Shown here: positions 12,410 through 25,435 of the stretch, piece after piece
Position numbering within the stretch: the stretch's first letter is position 1
Layout: every line of letters begins with the position of its first letter
NCBI RefSeq assembly: GCF_009914755.1
Contig: NC_060926.1
DNA from: the human T2T-CHM13v2.0 reference genome, Homo sapiens
DNA length: 64,000 bases
Direction: 5' to 3' (one strand)
Position numbers and translations under genes: made by a program
The notes under the pieces: generated by a model
The model's database searches: none
Told to the model about the DNA's origin: nothing
The model's input: the letters and a program-made list of their open reading frames with translations, nothing else

Positions 12410-13110
12410 CTAAATAATGCAGGTGGTCAGCAAATGAGGCCAGAAGGAAGGGCTGGGCACTGCAGTCGCCAGGAACAACCGTGTCCAGCCATTAGGATGG
12501 GCAAGGGCAGAGCTGAAGGCAGAGACGAGGTTGGAGCCTCCAAGGAGCAGCACAGTGCCAGTGTGGATGAGACCGAAGGAGCTGGAGGAGAGAGGGGACA
12601 CAATGGCGGAATGCAGCAGGTCGATGGGGTGAATACAAGCAGAGGGCTGTGCCCTCCACGAGGCAGGAAGTCACTGGAGGAATGTGAGCAGGACAATGAC
12701 ACCATCCTACTAGAGTTCTCACAGGACCTATCTGGCTGCTCAGTGGAGAACACACTGTTGGGGACGTAGGTAGAATCAGGGTTCAGGTAGGAGGGAGAAT
12801 AGGAAATTCAGGTAGGAAGGGAGGACCAGGGAGGCCAGGGTGGAGGGAGAACAGGGAGGCCAGGGAGGAGGGAGAACCAGGAAGACTGGGCAGGAGGAAC
12901 CAAGGAAAACAAATAAACAAGAGAACCAGAGAGACCAGGTAGGCGTGAGGGCCAGGGAGGCCAGGGAGGAGGGGAGGCCAGGTAGCAGGGAGAAGAGGGA
13001 GGCCAGGTAGGAGACTAAGACAAAATTCCAAATGAGACATGACAGTGGCTCAGAGTGGGGTGGGAACAAGCTAAATTCTGAACACATTTCGAAGGTAGTT
13101 TTCTTGGTCT
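12410..13110 (-). mobile_element. L2 relic interrupted by a GA-rich low-complexity tract (about 12790-13015)
   Basis: ggaagtcactggaggaatgtgagcaggac...tctggctgctcagtggagaa L2-like sequence. Confidence 0.5.
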
Positions 13111-13134
13111 GTTCAGGCTGCGATCATAAAATGC

Positions 13135-13250
13135 AATTGTACAAATAGGGAAACTGAGGTCCAAAACAGCTGAGAAATTCACTGAAGGCCACATAGTTCT
13201 AAGTGGCAGAAACATGATTCAAACCTAGATTCCTGACTCCAAAGTGCGTC
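13135..13250 (-). mobile_element. MIR
   Basis: gggaaactgaggtcc...aaggccacatagttctaagtggcaga...gattcaaaccta. Confidence 0.7.
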
Positions 13251-15622
13251 CTCCCCCCACGACCCTGCACTGCTGGAGAATGACAGCCTAGCAGCCCAGA
13301 AGAAAGAGGCTGATGCCCAGACGGATTGTGCGGATGGTTCTCGATGAGCCCCGAAGCACAAGGTCATTCAAACACCTTCTCCAACAATTCATTCTTCCCC
13401 AAGGACAAACACTACAAAGAGCCAATTCTGAATTGTCAGAACGGGAATGTATTCCTCATGGCAGAGGCCAAAATGCCACAGAATTCTCAGAAAATGAAGC
13501 ACATTATGAAAACGAATGTGAATCTGAAAGTCCTGGTAATCCCCGGTGCTCACATCTGAGATTTTGTTGAATGCTTTGACATCTTCCTGCTGGAATTGTG
13601 CTGCTGACCACGTGTGCTCTCATCCTTGCAGAAGCGGTGGGGCCAACACGACTTCCCGGGCAGCCTCGGGAGCGTCCCCAAGGGAGGTGAAGCATTTCTG
13701 AGTCGTGAACAAAGGACCGTTTGGTTCTGCAGAGAAGGGGCATGTCTTTATTTGACTAAGAAAGATTTGTGAAAGAGAAAATTATATTTCTTAAGTCATA
13801 ACAATGTGAGGATGTTTTTAAATCTAAGGATTTAACTCTTCTTAGCTCCCCCACTTTTTTCTTTTTCTTTTTTTTTTTAATATTTGAGGCTACTAAGACA
13901 CCCAGCGGTCAGAGCCAAGGCAGGCCCAGCCGTGGGACTGGCTCCTAATCAGCGATGCCTGCGTGGAGCACTCTCCAAACGGAACCCCGCCTGAAGCCAG
14001 GTCTGAACTGTCTGTTGCATCCTCTCTCAACCAGGGTTCTGTGAGGACACGAGGCCCTCAGAGACGATTTGAGTGGCTTTGCCTCAGTTCACCCTAGGGT
14101 GGTTGCAGCCAGCACGACTTGCACAGGAGGGAGGCTCACTGGAGGAACGGGGCAGCCTCGGGCATGACGCGTGATGCCTCCTTCTCTCACCCCGACGGGA
14201 AGCACGGTGTGTTTGCAGCATCGGCAACCACAGGAGTAATTGTTCAGGGCTCATCAGAGTTAATCAGTAGGAAAACATAAGAGGCTCTTGCTCTGACTGC
14301 TGCAAGAAAACAGGCCTAGAAACCCCAGTCAAAGTTTTCCTGGCGTTGGATTAAAATGGGTGTCATGACATTTGTAGAGTAAGAAAGATGGTTTTTCTTG
14401 GAGATCTTGTTTAAAGGCCTGGATCTTTTGTTATTAATGATTTAGAAGAAAAGATACAATCTCGTCTTTGTTCACCTTTCTTAATGCTGTCAGATCGTGA
14501 AACAGAACTTACAAATGTGCGGGGAATATTTGGAAGCAGGACTGTATTTTTCACTTAGGATGTGGGATCAGATGACCGTTCCTTTGGTCTTTTCATTCAT
14601 TTTTTGACGCGTGAGCTGCTGGGGAGCAGCCAGGGCTCGCAGGGGCCGTCTCCTGGTTTCTCCCTAGGGGCCTTTGGTTTGGAGTTGGATTCCGGTACAA
14701 CAGCCAGTCATTCACTCACCAGCACATCACCACCCTGGGGTAAATTTCAGCTCCGTTTTTCATTTTCTTTATCGGTTACTTAGCATCTCTCACATGCCTT
14801 CTCCACAGGAAGTCTGAGATGCTCCCTTGCAGGGCTCTGAGGTCTCCCTGGGAGAACAGAGCCCAGGAGCTCTCAGCCCGGGCAGGGATGGGCCTGGTGC
14901 CCAGCTGCCCCTGGCCCGGCCGCGGCCTCTGCTGCTCTGCTCTGCTGCGGGGCCCGTTCAGCCTGACCTCATTGGAACTGCCTGGATTTCAGTGTCTTTA
15001 ACTGGAAAATCCGTAGCAAGTGGCTGGGCTAGAAGAGCTTCCAGAATTCTGAGCAATCTTGCCCTGGAAGTGAGCGCAGCTGCTGTCTGGCCTCCCCACC
15101 CCGAGGCGGCTCCCCTGGGACCTGCCCCTTTCCAGCTGGTGCGACTCCCACACCGTCATCCACTGATCCTCAGAGAGAAGCAGACTGCTGAAGCCAAGCC
15201 ATGGTCTGCTCCTTCAAGGTTTCAGTTTAACCCCTTTATCCCAGGTAGAGACAGGCCACCACGGGCCCTAGTGCCCTGAATCCACAGAGCCAGTGCCTGC
15301 CACTTTACGTTTGCACAGCCCTAGACCAGCCAGACCTCCAAAGCAGGTTCATTGGCATAATTTAAAATGCTCTTGTGCCCACATAGATTTGAGAATAACC
15401 AGATCACAGTGGGGCCTCATCTGTGGCTTGGTGCCAGAAATAATAAAGTACACTTCCCTGGTTTTCCATCAGGGTAAAGGAAAATGACTTTGGAGGAGCA
15501 ACTCGCCAATGCTTCTGGAAACTCCCCTTGGGTGCTCCCTAACAATCCTGCTCATGGGAAGCGTGCTGAGGCCAGGTACAGGGCAGGGGCATGCAGGGGC
15601 CAGGCATGGCAGCCAATGCCAG

Positions 15623-15816
15623 GCACAGGACAGGGGTGTGCCAAGGCTGAGTATGGGATAGCGGCGTGCCAAGGCCGAGCACGGGACAGGGGCGTGCCAA
15701 GGCCGAACACGGGACAGGGACGTGCCAAGGCTGAGTATGGGACAGGGGCGTGCCAAGGCCAAGCATGGGACAGAGGTGTGCCAAGGCTGAGCACGGGACA
15801 GGGGCGTGACAAGGCC
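15623..15816. repeat. 28-bp VNTR, about 7 copies (GGGACAGGGGCGTGCCAAGGCYGAGCAC)
   Basis: Directly visible tandem units. Confidence 0.9.
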
Positions 15817-16085
15817 AGGCACACAGGTGTTTATCACACACACAGGTACCTTTGGGATAACAAAATGGAAGAGTGCCCCTGTAGGCACTGCAAGGCCTCC
15901 TCAGCTCATTAACTTAGCAAATCATCGCTGAGCACCTATGATGCCTCGGGCTCTCTGGCTTCAGAGGATACAGAATGGATAAGACAAAGTCCCTGACCAC
16001 AAGGATCTCGTGTCCAGAAATAGACATACTCCGGGGCGGCCAGGCATGCTGTGGCAGGGTGGGGATAAAGTGTCAGGAGTCACAT

Positions 16086-16415
16086 GGAAGAAGGAGGAAA
16101 AGGAGAGCGGGAGAGAGAGGGGAAGAAAGAGAGACAGGGACAGACAGGGAGGGAGGGAGGAGGGACAGAGAGAGGAAAAAAGAGACAGAGATTGAGGGGA
16201 AGAAAGAGAGACAGGGACAGACAGGGAGGGAGGGAGGAGGGACAGAGAGAGGAAAAAAGAGACAGAGATAGAGACAAGGGAGGAAGAGAGACATTGACAG
16301 AGAGAGACAGAGAGACGGAGGAAGACAGATGAGAGAGGGACAGAGATGAAGAGACAGGGAAGAGGAGAGACGGGGTAGAGGGAGAGAGAGACAAACAGAG
16401 GAAGGAAGACAGAGA
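16086..16415. repeat. GA-rich purine tract with a ~77-bp internal duplication
   Basis: gaggggaagaaagagagacagggacagacagg at about 16117 and 16194. Confidence 0.85.
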
Positions 16416-16964
16416 AGCTGTTGAGCCTGGGAGAAGGTTTGAGCAGGCCTGGATGATGAGTCTGTGTTTTGCACACAGGGCGAAGGGATGTCTGGGCCCC
16501 GTTCTTGAGGACAGATCTCCCTGCACGTAGCCCACTGAGCACTGACCACAATCGGTGCCCGGACAGAGCATTCCTCTGAAGCCCATAGGCAGAGTCCTGG
16601 GAGCTGGGAGGAAAACAGAAAAGGCAGCGAGGGTATGGAGCCCAGCCTGGGAGCTGGGAGCAATGAGCAGCGAGAACTAGGCACAGGAATGCCCAGGGGA
16701 GGGGCCACAATGGCCACTTTGGCACCAGAGTCCTCCTCCAGCTCCACGACCACTGACCCTAAAGGTGGGTCATGTGAGGCAAACATGGTCACAGGGGCCT
16801 GTGTTTGGAGAGGGATTTAGGGCCATTGTGAACAGGAAGCCACACCACAGCCATGTCTACTCCTGCGTCTCAGAGGTCTCAGCCAGTCTCTCATGTGGGT
16901 GAAATCCCAAGCTCAAATCTTACAGACTGTAGGACCATGATCCCCTGTTCAAAGAGCCATACTG

Positions 16965-17370
16965 AATTTCTCACTGGATAAAAGCCTGAACGGAAGAGCT
17001 GAAACTATAAAATGCTTACAAGGAAACACACACGTAAACTGTCATGACTGCATCAGGCCATGGTTCCTTAGACACGCCACCAAAAGCACAAAAGCAACAA
17101 AAAAAGCAATCGAGAAGTTGGACATCATCAACATTAAAAAACTTTCCTGCTCCAAAGCACACTATTCAGAGAATGAAAAGACAACCCAAAGAATGGAAGA
17201 AAATATCTGCAAGTCACGTGTCTGATAAGGATCTGGTATCCAGACTATATAGAGAACTCTTCAACTCAACAATAAAAAGACAACTAGCCCCATTAAAAGA
17301 AAGGGGTGAAGGGTTTGAACAGGCATTACTGCAAGGAATACACAAATAGCCACAGGCACAGGGAAGCGTG
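16965..17370 (+). mobile_element. Old L1M ORF2 3' fragment
   Basis: gaatgaaaagacaacccaaagaatggaagaaaatatctgcaagtcacgtgtctgataagg. Confidence 0.8.
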
Positions 17371-17571
17371 CTCCACCTCTGGTCTCTGTGCGGCACTGCT
17401 GGGCACGGCATTGTCCAGGAACTCTCAGGCAGCCAGGGTGCAGGGAGGCAGGTGCTGCCTGATGCTTGGCCAGAGCGTCTCTCTCCTTCTTCCTCCCTGG
17501 GTGGCCACACACCCTGGCTGGGGTGTGTCAGGGTGGATTTGAGCCAGCTGTGGGGGCAGGTGGCTCTGCAG

Positions 17572-17765
17572 GGGTCCAGGAAGGTTTGCAGGGCTTCCTG
17601 CACCTCACTTGTCTCTCATGGGCACCGCACTGCCGCCTTTAGTCCAGGAGGGTTTGTGGGGGGCTTCCTGCACCTGACTTGTCTCTCATGGGCACCGCAC
17701 TGCCGCCTTTAGTCTAGGAGGGTTTGTGGGGGGCTTCCTGCACCTGACGCATCTCTCATGGGCAT
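17572..17765. repeat. 70-bp tandem repeat, about 2.7 copies
   Basis: gggcttcctgcacct at 17591, 17661 and 17731. Confidence 0.9.
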
Positions 17766-18189
17766 CACATAGCAACCTTTAGTCCTGCCTGGTTGTCCAC
17801 AGTTGGACGATCATTTTCGGTGACCTTTACCCCAGCAGGAAGGGGGAGGAACGGTGAAGGGAAGAATAAACACGCTCCACAGTAGGGAAAGTTTACAATC
17901 CTTGCCTGCAGTGGTGCACACACTTTTTTGCTTTCTAAGCACAGGAACCTGCCTGGGCTCCATGTCCTCACTGGCCAATGACCGTCATGCTGCACCTCCA
18001 GGACCAGCTCTCACTGCACACCCTCCTGAGCAACAGAGGAGGTCTTCAGGTCACTGCCTCCGCCACAGTGAGACAGCAGGCTCAGCCACGCTGGGTGCGT
18101 ATCTCCCTAGAGCCTCATCTCAGAAACTCTCACTACAAAAATGAGCTTATCCTGAAGAGAGCACTGTGTGGGTAGTGGGGACGGGGGGG

Positions 18190-19305
18190 TCTGTGTGTGC
18201 ACACCTGTGTGTGGTCCGTGTGGTATATGTATGTGTATGAATGTGTGTGTGGTGTGTGTGGCACGTGTGATATGTGTGTATGAGTGTGTGGTGCATCTCT
18301 GGTGTGTGTCTGTACATGTGTGTGATGTGTGTGTGTGCCAAGTGTCTGGTGTGTGTGTGATATGGTATGTGGCTTGTGTACACATAGGTGACACGTATGT
18401 GTGTGAATGTATGTGTGCATGTGTATGTGTGTGGTGTGTGTGCATATGTGTGTGGTGTATATGTATGTACATGTGTATGGTGTGTGCATGTAGGTGTGGT
18501 GTGCGTGTGTGTGGTGTGTGTGCATGTGTATGTGTGTGGCATGTATGTGTACGGTATGTATATGTGTGGTGTGTGTGCATGTGTGTGTATGTGTGGTATG
18601 TATGTGTGTGGATATGTGGTGTGTGCATACATGTGTACGTGTGTGTATGTAGGTGTGGTGTGCACATGTGTGGTGTGTGTGGTGTGTGTGCATGTGTGTG
18701 TATGTATGTGTGGTGTGCATTGTATGGTGTGTGTGGTGTGTGTGCGTGTATGTATGCTGTGTATGTGTGCTGTGTATGTGTATGTGTGTGGATTTGTGGT
18801 GTGTATGTGTGTGGTGTGTGTATGTAGGTGTGGAGTGCATGTGTGTGGTGTGTATGTGTGGTATGTATTTGTGCTGTGTGTATGCATGTGTCTGTATGTA
18901 TGTGTGGTATGTGTATGGTGTGTATGTGTGTGGTGTGTGTGCATGTGTATGTGTGGTGTGTATGTGTATGGTATATGTGTATGTGTGTGGATATGTGGTG
19001 TGTGTGTACGTGTGTATGTAGGTGTGGTGTGCATGTGTGTGTTATGTATGTGTGCTGTGTGCGCATGTGTGTATGTGTGTGGTGTGTATGTGTGTGGCTT
19101 GTGTACATATGTGTGGAAATGTGTGCACATGTGTCTGGTGTGTATGCGTGTAGTGTGGGGTGTGTATGTGGTGTGTGTGTAGTGTGTATGTGCATGGGGT
19201 GTGTGCATGTGTGTAGATATATGATGTGTGGTGTGTGTGTGTGGTGTGTATCTGCATAGTGTGTGTGCATGTGTGTATGTTGAGTGTGTGTGCGCATGTG
19301 TGTTT
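18190..19305. repeat. Degenerate (TG)n/TGTGG/TATG low-complexity tract, about 1.1 kb
   Basis: Composition; source of the His/Thr and Val/Cys ORFs. Confidence 0.95.
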
Positions 19306-19529
19306 CCAAGTCTCTCGCCAGCTGTTCTGATGCAGCATCTGTGGCCATACCTTGGCGTGCGTTGCCTGCTGTGAATCGTGTCTAGCTGATGCTGAGCCTC
19401 CCCAGGTGCTGGTTCAAAGAGAACCCGATAGGGAGCCTTTGGTCACTGCTGTTTGGTTTTTAAATGGAAGATAGAGACCGAAATTTCAGGTAGGTCTTGA
19501 GGCAGTCAGTGCATGGAAACTACTCACAA

Positions 19530-19720
19530 AAAAGCACAGAACTTGGAGTTAGCTTGGGCCCAGATCATTCACTTAGCAGCAGTGACCTTGAATGAGTTGC
19601 ATTCAAGCTTCTTGGAGGTCTTCTGTTTGTAGAGTGGGGATAATGAGATCTGCACCACTGGGTTACAAGGGTCCCTCAGACGACAACACATCCAAAGCTT
19701 CTGTGTGACAGCAACCGTTT
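19530..19720 (+). mobile_element. MIR
   Basis: gtgaccttgaatgagtt...gtagagtggggataatga. Confidence 0.6.
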
Positions 19721-19997
19721 CTAGGAAGGTGTGAAAGGGAAGGTCCTCTGCACCACCCCACATGCCAGCTCAGAAGCCCCAAGGAATCATAATCATGATC
19801 AACAGCATCCCAGACTGCCTGGCACACGTGCCCTTTCCAGTGTGAGGGTCACAGCCTTTTCTGAAAACCAGAAATCTCCAGAAAGTAAGGGTTTGCCAAG
19901 CAGGATGAAGAACTGGATTTTAAACTGGGATATAAATTCCAAAAGGGCAGGGATTTTTTATGTGTTTTCCACCAGTGTGTCCTAGTACTTACTTAGA

Positions 19998-20212
19998 ACA
20001 CCACCACATAGTAGGTACTCAACAAATAGCACTCATGGTAGGCACTCAACACATAGCACCCATAGCAGGTACTCAACAAACAGCACCATATAATTGGCAC
20101 TCAATAAGCAGACCCACATAGTAGGTACTCAACAAGCAGCATCACATAGAAGGAACTCAAGAAATAGTACCGCACAGTAGGTCCTCAGTAAATATTGTTG
20201 AATAAATAAATA
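19998..20212 (+). repeat. Tandem array (about 7 x 28-30 bp) of the L2/MIR 3'-terminal motif CACATAGTAGGTACTCAAYAAAT
   Basis: Repeated catagtaggtactcaacaa variants ending in aaatattgttgaataaataaat. Confidence 0.8.
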
Positions 20213-20490
20213 TGTTAATTAAAAGAAGGAGAGTGCCCCACAAAGAAAGCAAAACTTTCCATCTCCTTCAGCATTGCTGCACTTATTTCTACAGAAATAA
20301 TTGCAATGCTAACGACGGTCTTTCTTAACAATGCACTAAATTAGGCCCTGATGGACCATGACTGAATTACATGTGACTAAAGTTCTTCCAGGTTCACACT
20401 GACCTCCCAAAAGGATTCAACTGCACTTGTTTTTGAAGTAGTTTTTAATAATTCGGATTTTTAGTAGCAAAATCAGACTAACCAATCCTC

Positions 20491-22315
20491 TGTGTGTGGT
20501 GTATGTGTGTTTTCTACATGGAGTGTGTGTATATGTGTATGCTGTGTGTGTGTGGTTTGTAATGTGTATATGCTGTGTGCTGTGAGGTATGTGGTGTGTG
20601 TTTAATGTGTGTGGTGTGTGTGTGTATACTGTGTGTTGTGTGTGGTTTGTATATGTGGTGTGTGTAGTGTGTGGTATGTGTATAGTGATTGTGTTGTGTG
20701 TTGTGTGTAATGTGTGTGATATGTATAGGTATGTGTGTAGTGTGTGATGTTTGTGTGCATGTGTGTGTGCAGTGTGTATAGAGTGTATTGTGTGGCATAT
20801 GTATGTGTAGTGTGCATGTATTTGTGCGGTGTGTAATATGTGTGGTATGTATGTGTGTGTATGGTGTATGGTGTGTGTATGTGGTGTGTGGTGTGTGTAT
20901 AGTATTTATTTTGCATGGTATGTGCATTGTATGTGTGATGTGTGTATGTAGGGGTGTGATGTGTGTATGTAGGTGTGTGGTGTGTGATGTGTGTGACGTG
21001 TGGTGTGTGGATGTATGTGGTGTGTAGTGTATATGTATGTATGTGTGTGGTGTGTATATGGTGTTTACACTGTGGTGTGTGTATTGTATGTGTGATGTGT
21101 GTATGTGTGTACTGTGTGTTGTTTGTATGTGTGTGATGTGTGCTCTGCATATAGTCTGTGCTGTGCGGCATATGTATTGTATGTGTAGTGTGTATGTATG
21201 TGTGTGGTGTGTGATGTGTGTTGTGTGTGATGTGTCTGGTATGCATGCACCAGTATGGTGTGTGTATAGTATTTGTTTTGCATGGTATGTACATTGTATG
21301 TGCCGTGCATAAGTATGTGGTATGTGCATTGCATGTGTAATGCATGTATGTAGAGGTTTGAAGTGTGATGTGTATGATATGTGGTGTGTGGTATGTGGAT
21401 GCATGTGTTGTGTAGTGTCTATGTATGTATGTATGCGTGGTGTGTGTTTATGTATGTGGTAGGTGGTGTGTATATAGTGTTTATTGGTATGGTATGTGTA
21501 TTCTACATGTGGTGTGTATGTATGTGTGTGGTGCGTGTATGTGTGCTGTGTGCTGTGCTTATATGTGTGTGGTGATGGGTGGTGTCTGTGGTGTGTATAT
21601 GTGTGTGATATATGTGGTGTGTGATGTGTAAGGTGTGTATGTGTGTAATGTGTGCATAGTGTTTGTGTTGCATGGTGTGTGTGCTGTATGTATGGTGTGT
21701 ATGTATATATGTGTGTGGTGTATATGTGTGATGTGTGAGGTGTGGTGCATGGATATATGTGATGTGTGTTCATGTATGTTGTGTGTGGTGTGTGTATAGG
21801 GTTTGTGTTGTGTAGTGTGTGTATTGTATGTGTGGTGTGCATGTGTGTGTGTGGTGTGTGATGTGTATGGTGTGTGTGTGTGCTGTGTGTATAGTATTTG
21901 TGTTATGTTTTGTGTACGGTATGTGTGGTGTGTATGTATGTGTGTGGTGTATATGTGTGATGTTTGATGTGTGATGTGTGGTGTGTGGATATGTGTGACA
22001 TGGGTTTATATATGTGGTGTGTGGTGTGTGTGTAGTGTTTGTGGTGTGTGGTGTGTTTATTGTATGTGTGGTGTGTATGTATGCAATGTATGTGTATGCA
22101 TGTGTGTGGTGTGTGATGTGTGGTGTGTGGTTTGCATATATGTGTCTGGTATGTGATGTGTGATGTGTAATGTGTGTAGGTGTGTGGTGTGAGTGTAGTG
22201 TGTGTATAGTGTTTGTGTTGTGTGGTGTGCATACTGTGAGTGTTGTGTGTATGCATGTGTTGTGTGGTGTGTGGATATATATGGTGTGTAATGTTTATGT
22301 ATGTGCATATGTGCG
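20491..22315. repeat. Degenerate (TG)n low-complexity tract, about 1.8 kb
   Basis: Composition. Confidence 0.95.
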
Positions 22316-23049
22316 TAAGGGCCACGCCGGGAGCCTGCTTTGGGTCAGACCCAGCTCCTCATCCTGCAGCCGCAGCTATGATGACGGTCGTCAGCTCCCA
22401 GGATGAGTGGCCAGCACCCTGCTCAGCGCCTGGTGGGGGCGATGAACCCCACGCTCCTCCAAGCAGGGGCTATGGGCTCACAGCCAGGGCTCGGAGGGAG
22501 AGGGACCCCTGCCCTGAGCTCACCATGGAGCACGGGATAGGATGGGAGGGACGTGGGTGGGTAAAGGGTTTGTGCACCTGCTGTGCACCAGGCAGGCACC
22601 GGCTCCCACACAGGGAGCCAAAACCACGTTTTTTAAGAAGGGAAATATGTGAACATCCCCTAAATGACAGATGCAGTGCCGTGTGGGAAAGGAAAGCCTC
22701 CCCGAGGCCGCTGCGGTACCTCCATGGCTTTGTGAGTCTCACTGTTCCCTGCACTCCCCGTCGCCATAGCAGTGCTTTAGTGGGGCTGGCAGATACTGGG
22801 ATGCGTTACAAATCAAGGCCATGGGCCTTCTCAGAGATCCCCAAGATCTCCGAGACAGACTGTCCCTGCGGGATGGCCGAGGTCTCTTATTCAAATCCTG
22901 CTCTATCTGCAGACATCAGGAAGCTCAGGAGAGCCTGCCCTGCCCTCAGCAAGTGCACCTGGACATCTAGGAAACTGACAGCCCCCTGCAAATCCACCTT
23001 CGGGCCTTGGCTCTAGGGGGTGACCCTTGCACGTCAGGGAATCATCAAC

Positions 23050-23145
23050 CTAATTGCCGTGTGCTTATTTCACATTGCACACCTGTACCAAAACATCTCA
23101 TGTACCCCATAAACATATACACCTACTATGTACACAAAAATTATA
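23050..23145 (+). mobile_element. L1MA 3'-end fragment
   Basis: caaaacatctcatgtaccccataaacatatacacctactatgtac. Confidence 0.75.
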
Positions 23146-23202
23146 GTAATAGTAATAACATGCTTCTTTCCTCAATTTTCAAGCAAGCACAATGCTGTTC
23201 TC

Positions 23203-23749
23203 TGTGATGGTTAATACTGAGTGTCAATTTGATTGGACTGAAGGATGCCAAGTATTGTTCCTGGGTGTGTCTGTGAGGGTGCTGCCAAAGGAGATGAACA
23301 TTTGAGTCCATGGACTGGGAGAGGCAGAGCCACCCTCAGTCTGGGTAGGCACCATCTAGTCTGCTGCCAGCATGGCTAGGATAAAGCATGCAGAAGAATG
23401 CAGAAGGACTAGACTGGCTGAGTCTTCTGGCCTCCTCTTTTTCCCACGATGGATGCTTCCTGCCCCTGAACATCAGACTCCAAGTTCTTCAGCTTTGAGA
23501 CTCTTGAACTTACACCAGTGATTTGCCAGGGGGTCTTGGGCCTTCAGCCACAGGCTGAAGGCTGCACTGTCGGCTTCCCTACTGTTGAGGTTTTGGGACT
23601 TGGGCTGGCTTCCTTGCTCTTCAGCTTGCAGATGGTCTATTGTGGGACTTCACCTTGGGATCGTATGAGTCAACTCTCCTAAAAACTCCCCTTAATTTGT
23701 TCATCTATCCTATTAGTTCTGTACCTTTAGAGAACGCTGACTAATAACA
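23203..23749 (+). mobile_element. MLT2A-type ERVL solo LTR with 5-bp TSD TTCTC
   Basis: Starts tgtgatggttaatactgagtgtcaa, ends gactaataaca; TTCTC at 23198-23202 and 23750-23754. Confidence 0.9.
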
Positions 23750-24897
23750 TTCTCTAACAATAACCAATCAAGCACCTGGGATCTGGAATCCAACAGTCTC
23801 ACCAAAGGCTCCCAGTGCCTGAGTGGTCAAGTGAGGCCCATGTTCCAAAGCTCCTGACCCGAAGCCTTTCTCCTCACCTGTGTGCCCTCCCTCCCTCAGG
23901 CATGTGTGTCTTCACAAATACAAAATTATATCCAATTGTCTGCAAGGGACAGCCAGGGAGAGTTGAACCATACATCGATGATATTAATACACTGCTAGTT
24001 TTGTTAGGTGCCATGATGCTACGTTTAAAAAATTAACTTCTAAAGATAAATTGGAGTATTATGGGTAAAATGGTCTATCTGGGATTGGCTGGAAAATATT
24101 CCTACAAAAGGAAAAGAAGTGGTAGGTAGATAGAATAAGACTGATGAAATATCAGAATGATTGAAGGTGGGCAATGGATACATGAGTTTATTATGCTGAG
24201 TATATTTAAAATTCTCATGCAGAGTTCAAAAGCGGTAGGCCACACATCGAAGACAATAGAAACTGCCTCGAGGGCTGTCCCTGACAGTGGTCGACATGTG
24301 TCCTGTGAACATGCATCCAGCTTCCTCTATGTGCCAGGTTTGTGCCAGCACCAGGGATGTGACTGGCTGAGGGACTGCCCCTACCTCCCACCACTCATGA
24401 GCTGGGGAGAGACACAGGACAGGTGTGAGAAGAACATCAACACAATCAACGGGCTTGAGGAACTGTGGCAAACAGCTCACTCATCCGCCTTGTTTGATCT
24501 GAATGTCGTGGGGAGGGTGACTTCTCTGGGAAGAAAGTCTGAAGCAGAAAATGAGGTGTTTGCTACTTGGGAGGCAGAGGGACAGGGCAGGAGGCCCCAG
24601 GGGAGGGGGTGGTGCTCTGCAGGTGTGGGCCATGAGGAGCAGGTGGGTTCTCAGGGGGACGGGGGATGTGTCAGTGTGGAGGAGCCGAGGTGAGACTGGC
24701 AGGGAGAGGCGAGTCCCGCTCATGAAGGTTCTGAAGAAATTGTACTTCCCAAGAAGGTGGAAACCAGTCCTAGGGGGCCCGGGACTGGTCCCTGGTGCTG
24801 GTTAATCTCCTGTTTCTATGGATAGATCCCATGTTTCTCCTCATGTCCCAATATGCTCAGAAGGAGAAAGTCATAAAACCAACAAAATAAAATTTCA

Positions 24898-25435
<538 letters not shown>

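Noticed and set aside
15961-16792. Leu/Ser-rich and Arg/Glu-rich ORFs
   Set aside because: GA/TC low-complexity tract
19998-20212. CRISPR-like appearance of the short repeat arrays
   Set aside because: Primate DNA; units are contiguous with no unique spacers and there are no cas genes
18107-22406. Long His/Thr-rich and Val/Cys-rich ORFs (up to 442 aa)
   Set aside because: Translations of degenerate (TG/CA)n tracts that are poor in stop codons; no protein-like complexity
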